Assembly (NCBI GenBank): GCA_943704425.1
Contig: CALSCP010001769.1
Location: 1 to 55,335, forward strand
DNA length: 55,335 bases
From: Ministeria vibrans ATCC 50519
Lineage: Eukaryota > Protista > Filasterea
Direction: 5' to 3'
The notes under the pieces are model-generated. The model worked only from the letters and a program-made list of their open reading frames with translations, had not been told where the DNA came from and did not search any database. Both the position numbers and the translations under genes were made by a program. Shown piece after piece: positions 34,256-46,200 of this stretch; within the stretch, counting starts at the first letter, position 1, and each line of letters begins with the position of its first letter.

Positions 34256-37162
34256 TTACAGCTTCCCCCTCTCGAGAATCTCCATCGCTCGTCGCTCAAT
34301 GGCTACACTCGCCTTCTCCGCTTGCTCGCTCGGCGCCAGCTGCCCATCCTTGTGTGTCGCCGTCCGTCGCGGAAACACCCCGGCCGGAGCACGTTCACTC
34401 GCATGCGACTTACGATAGCGCACACACACTGGTGCACCAGGCGCAAACGCACACATGGCAACCACATCCTCGCGCGGGTGAACTGCCACATCCGACAGTG
34501 CCATGCCGGCCAAGAGTGGCTCGCTGAACCGCGCCACAACACTGCTCGTGTCCAAGTCGACTACCGCAACGGCACCGTCCGCCTCGCCCACAAACAGCCG
34601 ATGGCCACACGGCGACGCCACCGTACTGGCATTCACGGGGGCAATGCGGCCCATTGGCGCTGACATGCTGTATGTGCGCAGATTCAGCAGTGCCACCGTC
34701 CCGTCCTTGCTCTGTACTACCACCTTGCGTCCGTCAGGGTGCACTTGAAGCCGCACAATCTCCTCGCGCTGCGTCTCGCGCCCTTCCAACGTCCGCACAC
34801 ACGAACAATCTGTGCCCTCGTCAATCACCCACACCTTGAGACAGCCCGACTCGTCGCCCGTGAACAACTTGATGCCATCGCGATCAAAACACAACGTGTT
34901 AATGCGCGATGTGTGCCCGTCAATCTCCGCCAACAGTCTCACTCCCTCATTGCCATGACCAGTACTAGAGTCTCCCTCGTTTGTCGTCTTGCGCGCCCAC
35001 ACGCGCAACAGCGCATCAAACGCCGCCGTCACAATGATCCGCGACGGGCGGTGCCTCGGCGACCACTGCGCCGCATACACAAAACACGGGTGGGCAAGTG
35101 TCGCAACACACTGGCCCGTCACGCACGACCACACGCGCGCCGTTCCATCACTGCTTGCCGTCACAAGCTCAGACGAGTCGCGCGAGAACGACAAGTCGTA
35201 CACCAGGTCACAGTGCGCCTCAAGCGTGTGCAGCAGCGCTCCCGAATCACACGCGTACAACAACACCGGATGGCGCTCGCACTCATCCACACAAGCACAC
35301 GCAAGCAGTGCTCCGTCGCCACTAAACAGTACCCGCAGACAACCTCGCGCACGCGTTGCCAGCGAGTACAGCGGCGCATCGGGCACTGCACAGGGCGCGC
35401 CGGCCACGCGCACTCGTCGCTCGCGTTCCAATTGATGTTGTCGTCGCGGTCGCTCCGCTTCCGCCTCCTGCTCGTCGTGCAGTACATTCGTCTCGTTGTG
35501 GAAGCGAACCGACGCCGAGTGACATTCTGCGCCCCGATGACCAATTTCGTACTGCGTTGCAAGCATTGGCCGCGACGTAACCGCCTGCGGTGTGGGTCGT
35601 GGAATGCCGCGCACAGTGACGTGCAAGGACGACGGATAAGCACGACGGGCGCGACGCACGTCGGCCCAGTGCGCGTACACACCCGGCACATTGGGAAGGG
35701 TGTCGTGGCTTACAAGTGGCAGTGCTGGCTCGCCTGGACGCGCTGTCTGCTGCACACGCTGACGCCGCTGCATTCGCGTCCGTGTGGTCGCCTGGCGAAA
35801 GCGCACGCGCGGCAGACAGCCCAGTACCAGACCAGGATCCTCCATGGGGTACTCGTACAGCTGCAAGCGCGCACGACGCTCAGTGTTGGCGTGTCCGTGC
35901 GCCCCGACCAGCAATAGAAACGCCCAAGCAATGGGCGTCCAGCCGGGCCGGTCGGGACTCGCGTTAAAGTCGACCAGCTCAAAGAGAAGCATGGTGCGAC
36001 GAGGAGTGCGCGTGGGCGTCGCGCTGGTCTCATTATAATTGGTGGGCTCGGCAAGCAAGAGCGATAGGTAGTCGTCGTCAATTACAATGGTTTCGTTCCA
36101 GCGTGCCACGGTGTCGCCACGCCCTCGAAGCACATAGGGTTGCGTGAGCACTGGCATGATGTGGGCGACGCTGGTCGGCTCCAGATTGGTCGTGGCCGGT
36201 CGTGTCTGGTCTCGCTTGAGCACATACGAGTTGGTTGCCGCATCAATAACGTGCACTCGTACAAGAGGGTGTGTGACGTGCGCCTGCGAGAGTGGCAATT
36301 CGTCGGTGCGATGGATTGTAATGGCAAGGACGTTGTCGTCAAAGGAGCGCAGAGCGTTGGTCGCGGTTGAAAATAACTTGACAACGTCCGCCGGCAAGTT
36401 CCGCTTTTCCTCTTCCACCTCCTGTCTCGACCGTTGTTGTCGCACGGCCAACTTCGACACACGACCTGCGAGTGCTGTCCACTCTTCATCCACCACAACG
36501 GCTACCTCCTCGTCTGCATGCAGCGTACTGCCGCCGTCGACGTGTTTTTGCTGGATCCGCTCATCAGTGTCATCCTTCTCGTCATGGTCGCCTTCGTAGC
36601 GAACGTTAACGTTGTTCTCACCGGGTGTTGTTGGGCTGACAACAAGCTGTGGACGAGGCACGTCGGGGATGGGGCCGGAGCGCGTGGGGTGCTGAGGGGT
36701 GCCGAGGCCGCGCGAGCGGAAGCGACGCGAACTCGAGTTGACGGAAACTCGCAAACTTGAGTGCTGTTTGGAAACCTGTGCGGTCTTGGCTGACGTGGCG
36801 GCGGACGTCAGCAGCTGTGGAGGACGATCAGTTGCTATGGTGGCGTTGGTGGGCGACATGAGGCGTTCGCTTAAGCCGGATCGCTTAAAGAACTCCGAGC
36901 TGTCCACGTCATGATGGCGTTGCCCCGACGACGAATGCACAAAATCACCAGCGGATCTACCTGGACCACTGTGCTGTTGTCCCTGGTCACGTATGCCTCT
37001 CACCATGTTGTCCCCGCTGGGAATGGGCGCACGTACGCCCAGTTCCGACGGAGCGACCACTGCAAGCGATCGCTTTTTATGACTGCTCCGTGAAACAACG
37101 GGCGAAAGCGCTCCTGGACGCGCCCCTGCTTTAGCAGGTGGTGGTGGCGCGGAGGATGCCAT
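34256..37162 (-). CDS. AHI1: Jouberin/AHI1 orthologue (C2-like domain + WD40 repeats), intronless, no C-terminal SH3
   Basis: VLAITIHRTD, HPLVRVHVID, IMPVLTQPY, LLFELVDF, IAWAFLLLVGAHGHAN, RLQLYEYP, YPSSLHVTVRG, then WD40 repeats (LVYDLSFSRDSSELVTASSDGTARVW; LAHPCFVYAAQW). Confidence 0.9.
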   Translation of the reverse strand: MASSAPPPPAKAGARPGALSPVVSRSSHKKRSLAVVAPSELGVRAPIPSGDNMVRGIRDQGQQHSGPGRSAGDFVHSSSGQRHHDVDSSEFFKRSGLSERLMSPTNATIATDRPPQLLTSAATSAKTAQVSKQHSSLRVSVNSSSRRFRSRGLGTPQHPTRSGPIPDVPRPQLVVSPTTPGENNVNVRYEGDHDEKDDTDERIQQKHVDGGSTLHADEEVAVVVDEEWTALAGRVSKLAVRQQRSRQEVEEEKRNLPADVVKLFSTATNALRSFDDNVLAITIHRTDELPLSQAHVTHPLVRVHVIDAATNSYVLKRDQTRPATTNLEPTSVAHIMPVLTQPYVLRGRGDTVARWNETIVIDDDYLSLLLAEPTNYNETSATPTRTPRRTMLLFELVDFNASPDRPGWTPIAWAFLLLVGAHGHANTERRARLQLYEYPMEDPGLVLGCLPRVRFRQATTRTRMQRRQRVQQTARPGEPALPLVSHDTLPNVPGVYAHWADVRRARRAYPSSLHVTVRGIPRPTPQAVTSRPMLATQYEIGHRGAECHSASVRFHNETNVLHDEQEAEAERPRRQHQLERERRVRVAGAPCAVPDAPLYSLATRARGCLRVLFSGDGALLACACVDECERHPVLLYACDSGALLHTLEAHCDLVYDLSFSRDSSELVTASSDGTARVWSCVTGQCVATLAHPCFVYAAQWSPRHRPSRIIVTAAFDALLRVWARKTTNEGDSSTGHGNEGVRLLAEIDGHTSRINTLCFDRDGIKLFTGDESGCLKVWVIDEGTDCSCVRTLEGRETQREEIVRLQVHPDGRKVVVQSKDGTVALLNLRTYSMSAPMGRIAPVNASTVASPCGHRLFVGEADGAVAVVDLDTSSVVARFSEPLLAGMALSDVAVHPREDVVAMCAFAPGAPVCVRYRKSHASERAPAGVFPRRTATHKDGQLAPSEQAEKASVAIERRAMEILERGKL

Positions 37163-37253
37163 GCAATATATAAATAATAAAACAAAATGAATGAAATGAA
37201 TAGGAATTTGGGACGTACTAATAGCAATTGAGTTGAAATAAAATTTAATATTA

Positions 37254-39097
37254 TTAAAAATCTACAAAGACTTGGGGAAACATGCCAGTGCGTCCGTCAA
37301 GCGCACCCTTGAGCCAATCCTCATTAACGCGATCAATAATGGTCACACTGGCTCCGACGTAGAGTGTCAGCTCACTCGCATCCTCTCCTTCAAAATCATG
37401 CACTGCCGTCGCAACACGCCCCACCAGGGGATCCGTGGCGGCAGCCGCAGTCGCAGCTGAATTTGCACTGCTCGCATTCATCGACTCATTTCCGTGCTTT
37501 TTGCGCGACAACTTGGCTCGCATTGCCTTGAGCCCGCGTCGCTTCTTGTGCTCCTCTCCATCCTCACCACCCCCACTTGCACCAACGCTTGACCCCCCTG
37601 TTGCTGATGCTGCTGCTGTTGATGCCGCCGCCGCTGCGTTCTCAGGGGTGCGCATGACGCGGGACGACTCAAGCACAGGCGCAGGGGCACCCGCAACAGT
37701 CGCAACGGGTGACCATGTCGACGTCGACGACAACACCTTCTTCTTCTGCTTCTCAATCATGTTCGAGCGACGCTGACTTGCCGCCACCATTGCCGGATTG
37801 ACCGCCCCACCTGCAGGTCCGCCCATTCGCCCCGTCGGCGGCACTTGCTCCATGTACACCCGTACCTGCAAAATCACTCCGCCCTGTCCAATGAATTCCG
37901 CGTTGAACCAGTGTGGGTCGTCCAGCGCTGTCTGCAAACGCACCAGGTCTCCCGCATTGCCAGGCACCGGTGGACCTCCAATCGATCCAGCAGGCGCCTG
38001 GGCGAGTACCGCCGACTGTGCAGCAGCAGGAGTGGGAGGTGCCTGTGCCGGTGGTGGAACGTACGATGATGGTGGCGGTGCTGCCGCCGCTACTGTTGGG
38101 GGTTTTCCAGGTGTTGGCGTGGATGGATGAGAGTGCTGTACTGTGGAAACTTCGCCCCAGGCGGTAGGCGTCGAGGACATGTCCCAATCGTCAACGGCGG
38201 CAGCGGGCGCAGCAGCAGCGGCCCCGGCCGGCGCGGGAGTGCCATTCCAGGAGGACACTGCCGCCGGCTGCGCATTCCACGTCGACGTAGCCCGTGCGGC
38301 GGCAGGTGCAGGGGCAGGAGTAGCCCCAGACAGTGGTGGTGGTGCTGGTGCTCCTGCAGGCGTGGGCTTTGGTTTGGCGAGGGGCTTTGGTGCGGGTGCA
38401 GGCGCTGTTTCCGTTGGCGTGGGCGGCGCTGAGTCGTCTGGCAGCTCTTTCAGAATGAGTATGAATCCTTTGGAGAATCGCCCAAAGCGACCGCCGCATT
38501 CGCCCTCGTACCACGTTGAGTCAATGCGTCGAAGCAATCGAATTTGGTCGTTGGCCTGCGACGAGAGAGAGAGAAAGAGAAAGAGAAAGAAGAGAAAGAG
38601 AGTCAAAAAAAAAAGGAAAACAGAAAAGAAAAAAAAAAAAAAACCTCACTCACTCACTGACTTTTGCTCTCCTGACAACATTCTCACCTTAAACGACAAC
38701 TCGTCAGGATCAGCGGCATCAAAATCCATCAGGCCAACAGCGAGGCCTTCGGGTGGAGGTCCGGACGGCTTCGGCTTGGGCGTGGGGACCGGTTTGGGTT
38801 TGGGCTTGGGACGGGGAGCACTGGGCGGCGGAGCGGACGGCAGCATCGCCACAAAGGAGGAGGGGAAGAGGCCGCGCGCGCCCTGGAAGTCGCCTTCAGA
38901 CCATTCTTCGTCGAGGACCTCGACATTGTCTGTGGGTGAGTGAGTGAGTGAGTGAGTGAGTGAGTGTGTAAGAGAGAGAGTGTGTTGTGTCTGTGTGTGT
39001 GTGTGTGTGTGTGTGTACCAATGACATCTCCTACAGCAAAACATAATTCATCCGCACTCTCGCCATTAAAGGCAAACACTGCTCGAGCCGAAGGCAT
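37254..39097 (-). CDS. Multi-SH3 adaptor (3 clear + 1 degenerate SH3, Pro-rich linkers; SH3D19-like architecture), 3 exons
   Basis: ARAVFAFNGESADELCF..EEWSEG..GLFPSSFV; DFDAADPDELSFK|ANDQIRLL..TWYEG; AVHDFEGEDASELTL..EDWLKG..GMFPQVFV. Confidence 0.88.
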
Positions 39098-39231
39098 CGG
39101 AATTAAAAGTATTGTCTGGTGAGTTGTGATTGATAACTCGTTTCAAATATGTTTACAAATTGAATCTTCCTCTCTCAAATCAGTACTCACAAATGTGAAA
39201 TGACAAATCTCATTCTTTTTTTTTTCTTACA

Positions 39232-39603
39232 ATGTCACGTCGTCTCCTCGACGAGGAGGACGATCAAACAGTCGATAATTTGTGGAACGTATGTCATACA
39301 AAAAAAAATTAGAAAAGAAAAAAAAAATTCAAAAAACGCTCGTTGTGTCCTCGTTTAGATATCTGGGATTGCCTCGTATGTACGAACGGCTGGCGATCAT
39401 GCCGATGCATCGTCATCGGCCGCCGTCGGGACCATGTCTCCTGTTGTCGCGTCCGCGTCCACTTTTTCAACGATCCCAATGCCCTCTCCCGTCCAAGAAC
39501 GCGCCCTGTCCCGCAGCCGGCATGCCCGTCGCGGCCTTGCCAAGGCACACACCCCCGTTCGCACAGCCATGGCCGCCTCGCCTCTGCGCCCTCAGCTACG
39601 CCC

Positions 39604-39650
<47 letters not shown>

Positions 39651-42121
39651 TCCAAAGCCCAAGTCGCTTCCTTGCTCCCTCCACTCCCGGCCGCACACCC
39701 GCGCCCCCATCCCTTCTCAACTCCACCTCGACTGCTACACGCCGCGTAGACTTGCTCGCAGAGGTGCAGGACGCCGCTGAGGGCGCCGGTCGCTTCCAGA
39801 GCGAATTGCAACGCAGCGAAGCGTTGGACCGACCCGAAGAGTCCATGTTCGCATCGCTTCTTGCCGACGCACACATTGAAGATGTCTTCGACTTGCTGAC
39901 TGGCTACGAAAAGGTTTGCGATGATCGCTACCGGGAATTTCGCGCCGAGTGCAACGCACAACGCAACGCCCCTAAGAGCGCCCGTGTGCTAGCAGCAACC
40001 ATGCGCGCCGAACGAAACACTTGGCGCCTCGTTCGCTCCCTCTACCACGACCGTCTTGTAGTCACGCCTGCCAACAACAACAGCAGCAGCAGTGATGGTG
40101 GTGGCGATGGTGATGAAATGGCGCTTTCAATACTCCACAGCGACCGACAGCGCATTGCACAACTTATGACACGCGACGCACAACTGCGCCAGGCCCAGTC
40201 GGTCGTCGACTGGCTCGAGTACGTCGCCAAGGACGACAGCGAAGCAACCCTTGACAAGGTGCGCTACTTCACCGAGAATGTGTGCTGGGAACGAACGCTG
40301 CACGAGCTGCGCAAGGCCGCTTCATCGAACCAACCTGCGCCCGTCTCGCTCGTCACCGAAGTCGACCCAGATGCACCGGTGCGCCAGGCCGGGCGACGTT
40401 TGCACGCCGACGACGAGGAAGACGAGGCGCAACTGTGCCGCAATGTTTTTGCTCTGGTGCGCTGCTGTCGTCTCGACGAGGCGCAGCGACTCTGCCGCAA
40501 CAGTGGCCAGGCATGGCGCGCCGCCGTGCTCACCGGCTGGCGTCTTTTCCACGATGGTAACTACTCGCTGGGCGATGGGTCGCTGGTCGAAGCTAGCGAC
40601 GGTAATTGTCATCGCGCCATTTGGAAGGAAAATTGCATTGCGTTTGCGCGGGACGAGTCGCGTGATCAGTACGAGCGAGCTACCTACGCTGCGCTCAGTG
40701 GTCGACTACGCGAGCTGCTGCCTGTCTGCCGCACGTGGGAGGACCGTCTCTGGGCCTACTTTCGTGCCATTGTCGAGTCGCATATTGACGGCGAGTTGAG
40801 TCGTGGCAGTGCAGAGCAACAAGGAGAAGGAGAGAGCGACTGCGGCGACGACATGGACGACGAAGACAATGCTGATGCAGACGGAGACGGAGACGCGTCA
40901 ATGGCGATGGAGCTCGGTGATCACGATGAGCGCGAGGACGCTGTGCTACACACCCTTGCCTCTGCTCCCTCTGTCTTTGCCGACATCCACGCCCTCTGTG
41001 CCGCCGAGACCACCTCGGGTGGGGGCGGAGGGGCCGTTGCAAACCCCGCCGACGACGCCTATCGCGCCATTCAGACCGCAACCATTCTTGACGACGTCCC
41101 TGCGCTTGTGCGTCTTCTCCACTCTCGCTGCTGCTCCTCCTCTGGCTCCGACAGCCGTGAAGCACTCCCTTCGCCGCAATTTCTCCGTCTGGCCGCTCAC
41201 CTCGTGCTCTTCTTGCGCTCCGCTGCACTTTCACCACCATCCCACGAGTGCGATGCGATCCTCTCGCGCTACATTGCACATCTCGTTGAGTGCAAACAGG
41301 ACGCACACATTGCGCTTTTTGTCGCGCAGTTGCCCCCGGGACCCGCTCAAATCGAAACATACTCGTCGTTCCTCGAGTCCGTCACAGACCGCACGCGGCG
41401 TCGTCAATGCCTGTACCACGCACAGCACGCAGGACTCGACACGGACGCCATCACCACGCTTGTCGTTGAGCGCATCCGTGCCGTAGGGGGTGATGCTGAC
41501 TTTGACGAGCCCACTCCTGCCGTCATTGCCGAGCCCGATCGTGTCAAGATTGATGCGATCGAGTGGCTCTGCTTCGATCCCCGTCAGCGCATCGATGCTC
41601 TCTCCCAGAGCAACGCAGTCATTCGTGACTTCCTTGCAAGCAACAAACTTGCTCCTGCTGCCGCAGTGCTCACGGCGCTTCCCGACGACTCGGTCGATGT
41701 GGTCCTGCGCCCGTACGCAGGTGGCGCTGTGCCCGCCCTCGTCAACAACATTGTTCGCGAACACCTCGCCATGCGCTACTACGTCGAAGCACACACGGTA
41801 AGTACTCAATATAAAAAAACAGTATGTGTCTGACTCTTGTGTTCCAAAAGGCGTTTGATGCGTGGTTTAAGCACCATCATGCGGCGCCCGTCGCTCGAGG
41901 CTCGACCAATCAAGTCCTCGCACAGCTCGAAGAGCAGATGGTCGACACTGCCATGGAGAGCTGGCGTGCCCGCAACAGCCAACTTGCCGACGAAGCCGAC
42001 GTTGCCATCAACACGGTCCTCCGATTTCCCCAAGGTACATCAAAGTCACTCCCTCACACACACGCCCACTCAAAACTCAAAAACATACACACACACTGAT
42101 TTTTTCTTCACGTTCTTCTTG

Positions 42122-42158
<37 letters not shown>

Positions 42159-42491
42159 CTCACTCACTGTGACACTTGTTTTTTTTATTTTTCATTTTTT
42201 ACTTTTTTTGCACCCTTAGGCTGGCTTTGTGATGTTCATGAGGATGGTTCGGCTGCCATGGCTGCCGACCCCATGCGTCAGAAACAACTCGACTTGCTCC
42301 GTCGTGATCGCATCCCTTACCTGACCTGGCTCGCTCACAAGGTCCTCCATGCCTCTCAGCTACACGAACGCGCCATGCAGATCGCAGACACCATTGCAGA
42401 TCCTCGTCTGGGACTCGTAGGGCTCTTCACCGGCGCCGATTTGCGGCGTCTTCTTGCGCTCCTGCGTGAGAGTGCACTCGCCGCCTTGTGA
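39232..42491 (+). CDS. NUP107: Nuclear pore complex protein Nup107 (Nup84), 4 exons
   Basis: ERNTWRLVRSLYHDR, LRQAQSVVDWLE, ENVCWERTLHEL, LVTEVDPDAPVRQ, SGQAWRAAVLTGWRLFHD, YERATYAALSG, TWEDRLWAYF, KIDAIEWL. Introns ~39289-39358, ~41798-41850, ~42034-42220. Confidence 0.95.
39605..39650 (+). repeat. (CAG)n encoding polyQ in the Nup107 N-terminal disordered region
   Basis: About 15 CAG units in frame. Confidence 0.9.
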
Positions 42492-42570
42492 CCAAAATAA
42501 ATGAACACCGTACTTTTGTTTTCAATATTATGTACACCACGAAACGCTACACCTGCCCACCACTCGTTCG

Positions 42571-42943
42571 TCAGTCTCGGCGCACCAACGCAATTTTCGC
42601 ATAAAATTCGTTCAGCACAACAACATCAACTCCTTCAAGTTCGGTGCACAGCCCATTCTTCTCCTCGTCCGTGCCCAGCGTGTCCAACAGCGTCGTCGCC
42701 CGTGCAAGTTCCTCCTCTTCCACACAGCCGTCCGTACGAATCGTCATTTGCGACACAAGTGTGGCAAGAAGGTCTGCGATGCGAAGACACGTTTTGAATG
42801 TTGACAAGTGCAGTTTCGAGATCAAGCGACTCGTTTTGTGTACCAGGCGGTGTCACTCTCTCCATGACAACGTCCATAAACCTGCGTCGCATGCTTCGAG
42901 GCCAGCCACTGAACAGGTAAGTGATCTCGTGAATGGCCTCCAT
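42571..42943 (-). CDS. Small C14orf119-like (DUF4508) protein, 2 exons
   Basis: Spliced MEAIHEITYLFSGWPRSMRRRFMDVVMERVTPP|DLLATLVSQMTI...EEKNGLCTELEGVDVVVLNEFYAKIA resembles the C14orf119 pattern from memory. Intron gtacac...cgcag is in phase. Confidence 0.6.
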
Positions 42944-43257
42944 TGACGAGTGTGGAAGAAGAAAAAGAGTAAAGTAATTAAAAAGAAATGTCAAATGAGA
43001 CTGTGAATGAGACACACATAAAAGAATGAATGGTGAGGAGTGCTGATCCCGGTTTCCGTCTTCAACTCTTCATCACGCTATTCACGCAAGTTGATCACTG
43101 TCAAAAGCGCGGTTGTCGGGTGCGTCGCGTTGATGGCCGATCACAACAACCATCGATTAATAAAATAATACTATTTTTAACGCGTGTTGCTGACTCGCCG
43201 CCCGTTCATCTAACAAACGCTCATTGTTGGCTGCGGTTGGTATTGACGTGACAAAGT

Positions 43258-46200
43258 TTGAGTATGGAACGAGCAGGGAAGATGCAAAGAGTGGCCGTTG
43301 TGTTTGCGGTTGTGTTGGCCTGTCTGCCCACGACGCTCGCCTCCTGCGCCTCGTCGCCGTGCCTGGGCGGCGGCAGCTGCATTGATGGCACTGCTCTTGC
43401 TACGGCAACCACGACGGCTGTGGTTCGAGGCACTCAGGCCCTGCAGCTGCCCTTGCCCGCCGTTCTTTCGTCCGCCTCGTCGCTTCTTGTCAGCACCATT
43501 GGCGATTTCGGAACGGACAGTGAGTTTCTCACCCTCTCCGCCGGCAATTGGTCGCTGACTCTGCACGCGACCGTCAACGAGAACGATTGCTTGCACAAGA
43601 TTGACGATGTGCCTCTCAGTGCCGATGACCTGGCGCAGATTGTCGCGAACAACGGCACCATCACCGTGCTATTCTCTAGCGGCGTTGACGACCTGTGCAA
43701 CAACCCGTTTCTCACCGTGGCACTGCTCTCCAGCTCGGGCTACATGTGTGCATGTCCATTTGGCCTGACTGGAAGCATGTGCGAGACCGACATCGACGAG
43801 TGTGCGTCGTCGCCGTGTGCCAACTTGGCATCTTGCCTTGACGGCGTCGATGGCTTCCAGTGCAACTGTCTTCCGGGCTTCACCGGCGTGCTGTGCACGG
43901 ACGACATCAACGAGTGTCTGTCGTCGCCGTGCGGCACTGGCTTGCTGACGGGCGTTTGCAGCACCGACAACTACCACGAGAGTGTGCAACACACTGGTGT
44001 GGTGGGTTCCACGACTATTCCGTTTGTGTTTGACAACGTCCCGGTGTTCGGCAGCGGCTACCTCGTGGTGACGTCGGACGCCGACCTGGGCACAGCGATT
44101 GAGACGCTGACAGTCGAGGGGGCCAATGCGGCCGCTGGCTTCTCCATCCAGCTGTTTGACACGGCGGGTGGCGCCGACTGCACCAACCGCACGGAGACAG
44201 TGGTGCTGTCGGCGGCCACGCTTGCCTCGCTGCGCAATGCCAACGGCACGGTACAGCTCAACCTGGTGGTGCCGTCGACCGTGAGTGGCGGTATTTGTGG
44301 GCACGAGCCCGCGGCGTCGATCACCCTGGTGGCAGGACGCGATGCGTTTGAGTGCACATGTCTGCCCGGCTACAGTGGAGTGCTGTGCGACCAGATTGTG
44401 GGCGAGTGTGCGTCGATGCCGTGTCAGTCGGGCGGTACGTGCCTGCAGACGTTGACGTCGCAAGGACACGTGACACCCATCAGTTTTTCCGCTGGACCTC
44501 AGACGCTGCGCATTCCCAATGCGGCGCAGTTTGCTGGCGCGGGCGTGCAGCTGCTGGTCGAGGCGAACGCCGATCTGCAAACGGAGAATGAGTACCTGAC
44601 GCTGTCGGGTGGTAACAACTCAGTGTCGGTGCGAGTGTTTGAGGCAAACCGCGGATTGGACTGCGTACTGAAGTCGGAAGGCGTGCTGCTGACGGCAAGC
44701 CAGGTGGCGGCCATTACTGTGGACAACTCGCTGGTGTTGGTGGTGAGTGCGTCGAATCAAGTGGACGATTTTTGCACGGATTCGTTTGTGCGCATTGTGG
44801 CACTTTCACTGGGCAGCGCGGCGAACGGCACGTCGTGTGTGTGTCCGCCTGGCTACACCGGTGTGTTTTGTGAGGTGAACATTGACGATTGTGTGTCGTC
44901 GCCGTGCGTCAATGGTGCAACTTGCACCGATGGCGTTGCATCGTTCCAGTGTTCGTGTCTGGCGGGCTTTGGGGATGCGCAGTGTGAATTGGATGTGGAC
45001 GAGTGCGAATCGTCGCCGTGTGGCTCGTCGGCACTTGCATCGACGTGCAACACCGAGTCGTACAACACGAGCGTGTCGCATACAAACACGGTGGGCGGCA
45101 CGTCGACAGCGTACACGTTTGACTCGGTGCCGGCCGGCAGCGGCTACATTGTGGTGACGAGCAATGCGGACTTGGCGTCGGCACAAGCGGAGCTGGTGCT
45201 CAGCGCAGGCATGTGGTCGTTGACGGTGTTCAACGAGTCGTATGCGAGCAACTGTGTCGAGCGATCGGTGCTGGTGCCGCTGACGCAGGCAGACTTTGCA
45301 GCGATGCAGCAGAACGGCGGAAGCGGCGCAGTGGTAATCACAGTGGTGCCGTCGGCGTATGTGGACGACGGTACGTGTGGCAGCGGCACGACGACCACCA
45401 TTCAGCTGGTGGGCGGTCGAAACACCTTTTCGTGTGCGTGCACTGCGGGCTTTACAGGCGTTCAGTGTGAGTCGGTGTTGGGCGCGTGTCAATCGGATCC
45501 GTGTTTAAACAGCGGCACATGTGTGCTGGGTGCGGCCGTGTCGTCGTCGCGCGTGGGACCGGTCTCGTCTGTGTCGGGACCCGTGACGGTGACGTTGGCG
45601 GGGGTGCCGAGTGGTGTTGATGGCGAACTGGTTGTGTCGAGCAACAGTGACCTTGGTAGCAGCAATGAGTTGCTGACGGTGTCCGGCGGCAACTTTTCGT
45701 CGGCGGTGTTCGACACGGGCAACGTGGGTGATTGCGGACTGCGCACGAGTACGGTAGCCATTAGTGCGGCACAGGTTGCTGGAGCAACGGTCAACGGTGT
45801 GCTAACACTGACGGTGTTGCCTGCGAATACTGTGGACGATTTTTGTGCCGAGTCGTACGTGGAAGTGTCGTTTTTGAGTGCCGACATGAACGCCTTTCTG
45901 TGTGTGTGCCCTGTGACAGCGTCGGGTGCAACGTGCGAGTTGGTGGATGCGTGTGCGTCGCAGCCGTGTTTCAACGGGGGCTCGTGTACCACGGGGCCGG
46001 GAGTGTATGCGTGTGCGTGTGCGGAGGGAACGACAGGCGACAATTGCGAGACGGACCTTGACGAGTGCGAGTCGAGTCCGTGTGCCAATAGTGGCACATG
46101 CGAAGATGCGCTTGGTGGATTTACGTGTCTGTGTGACTCGCTGTACTATGGCGCACTCTGTGACGAGTCGGCGTGCTTTTCGTCGCCGTGCATGAATGGC

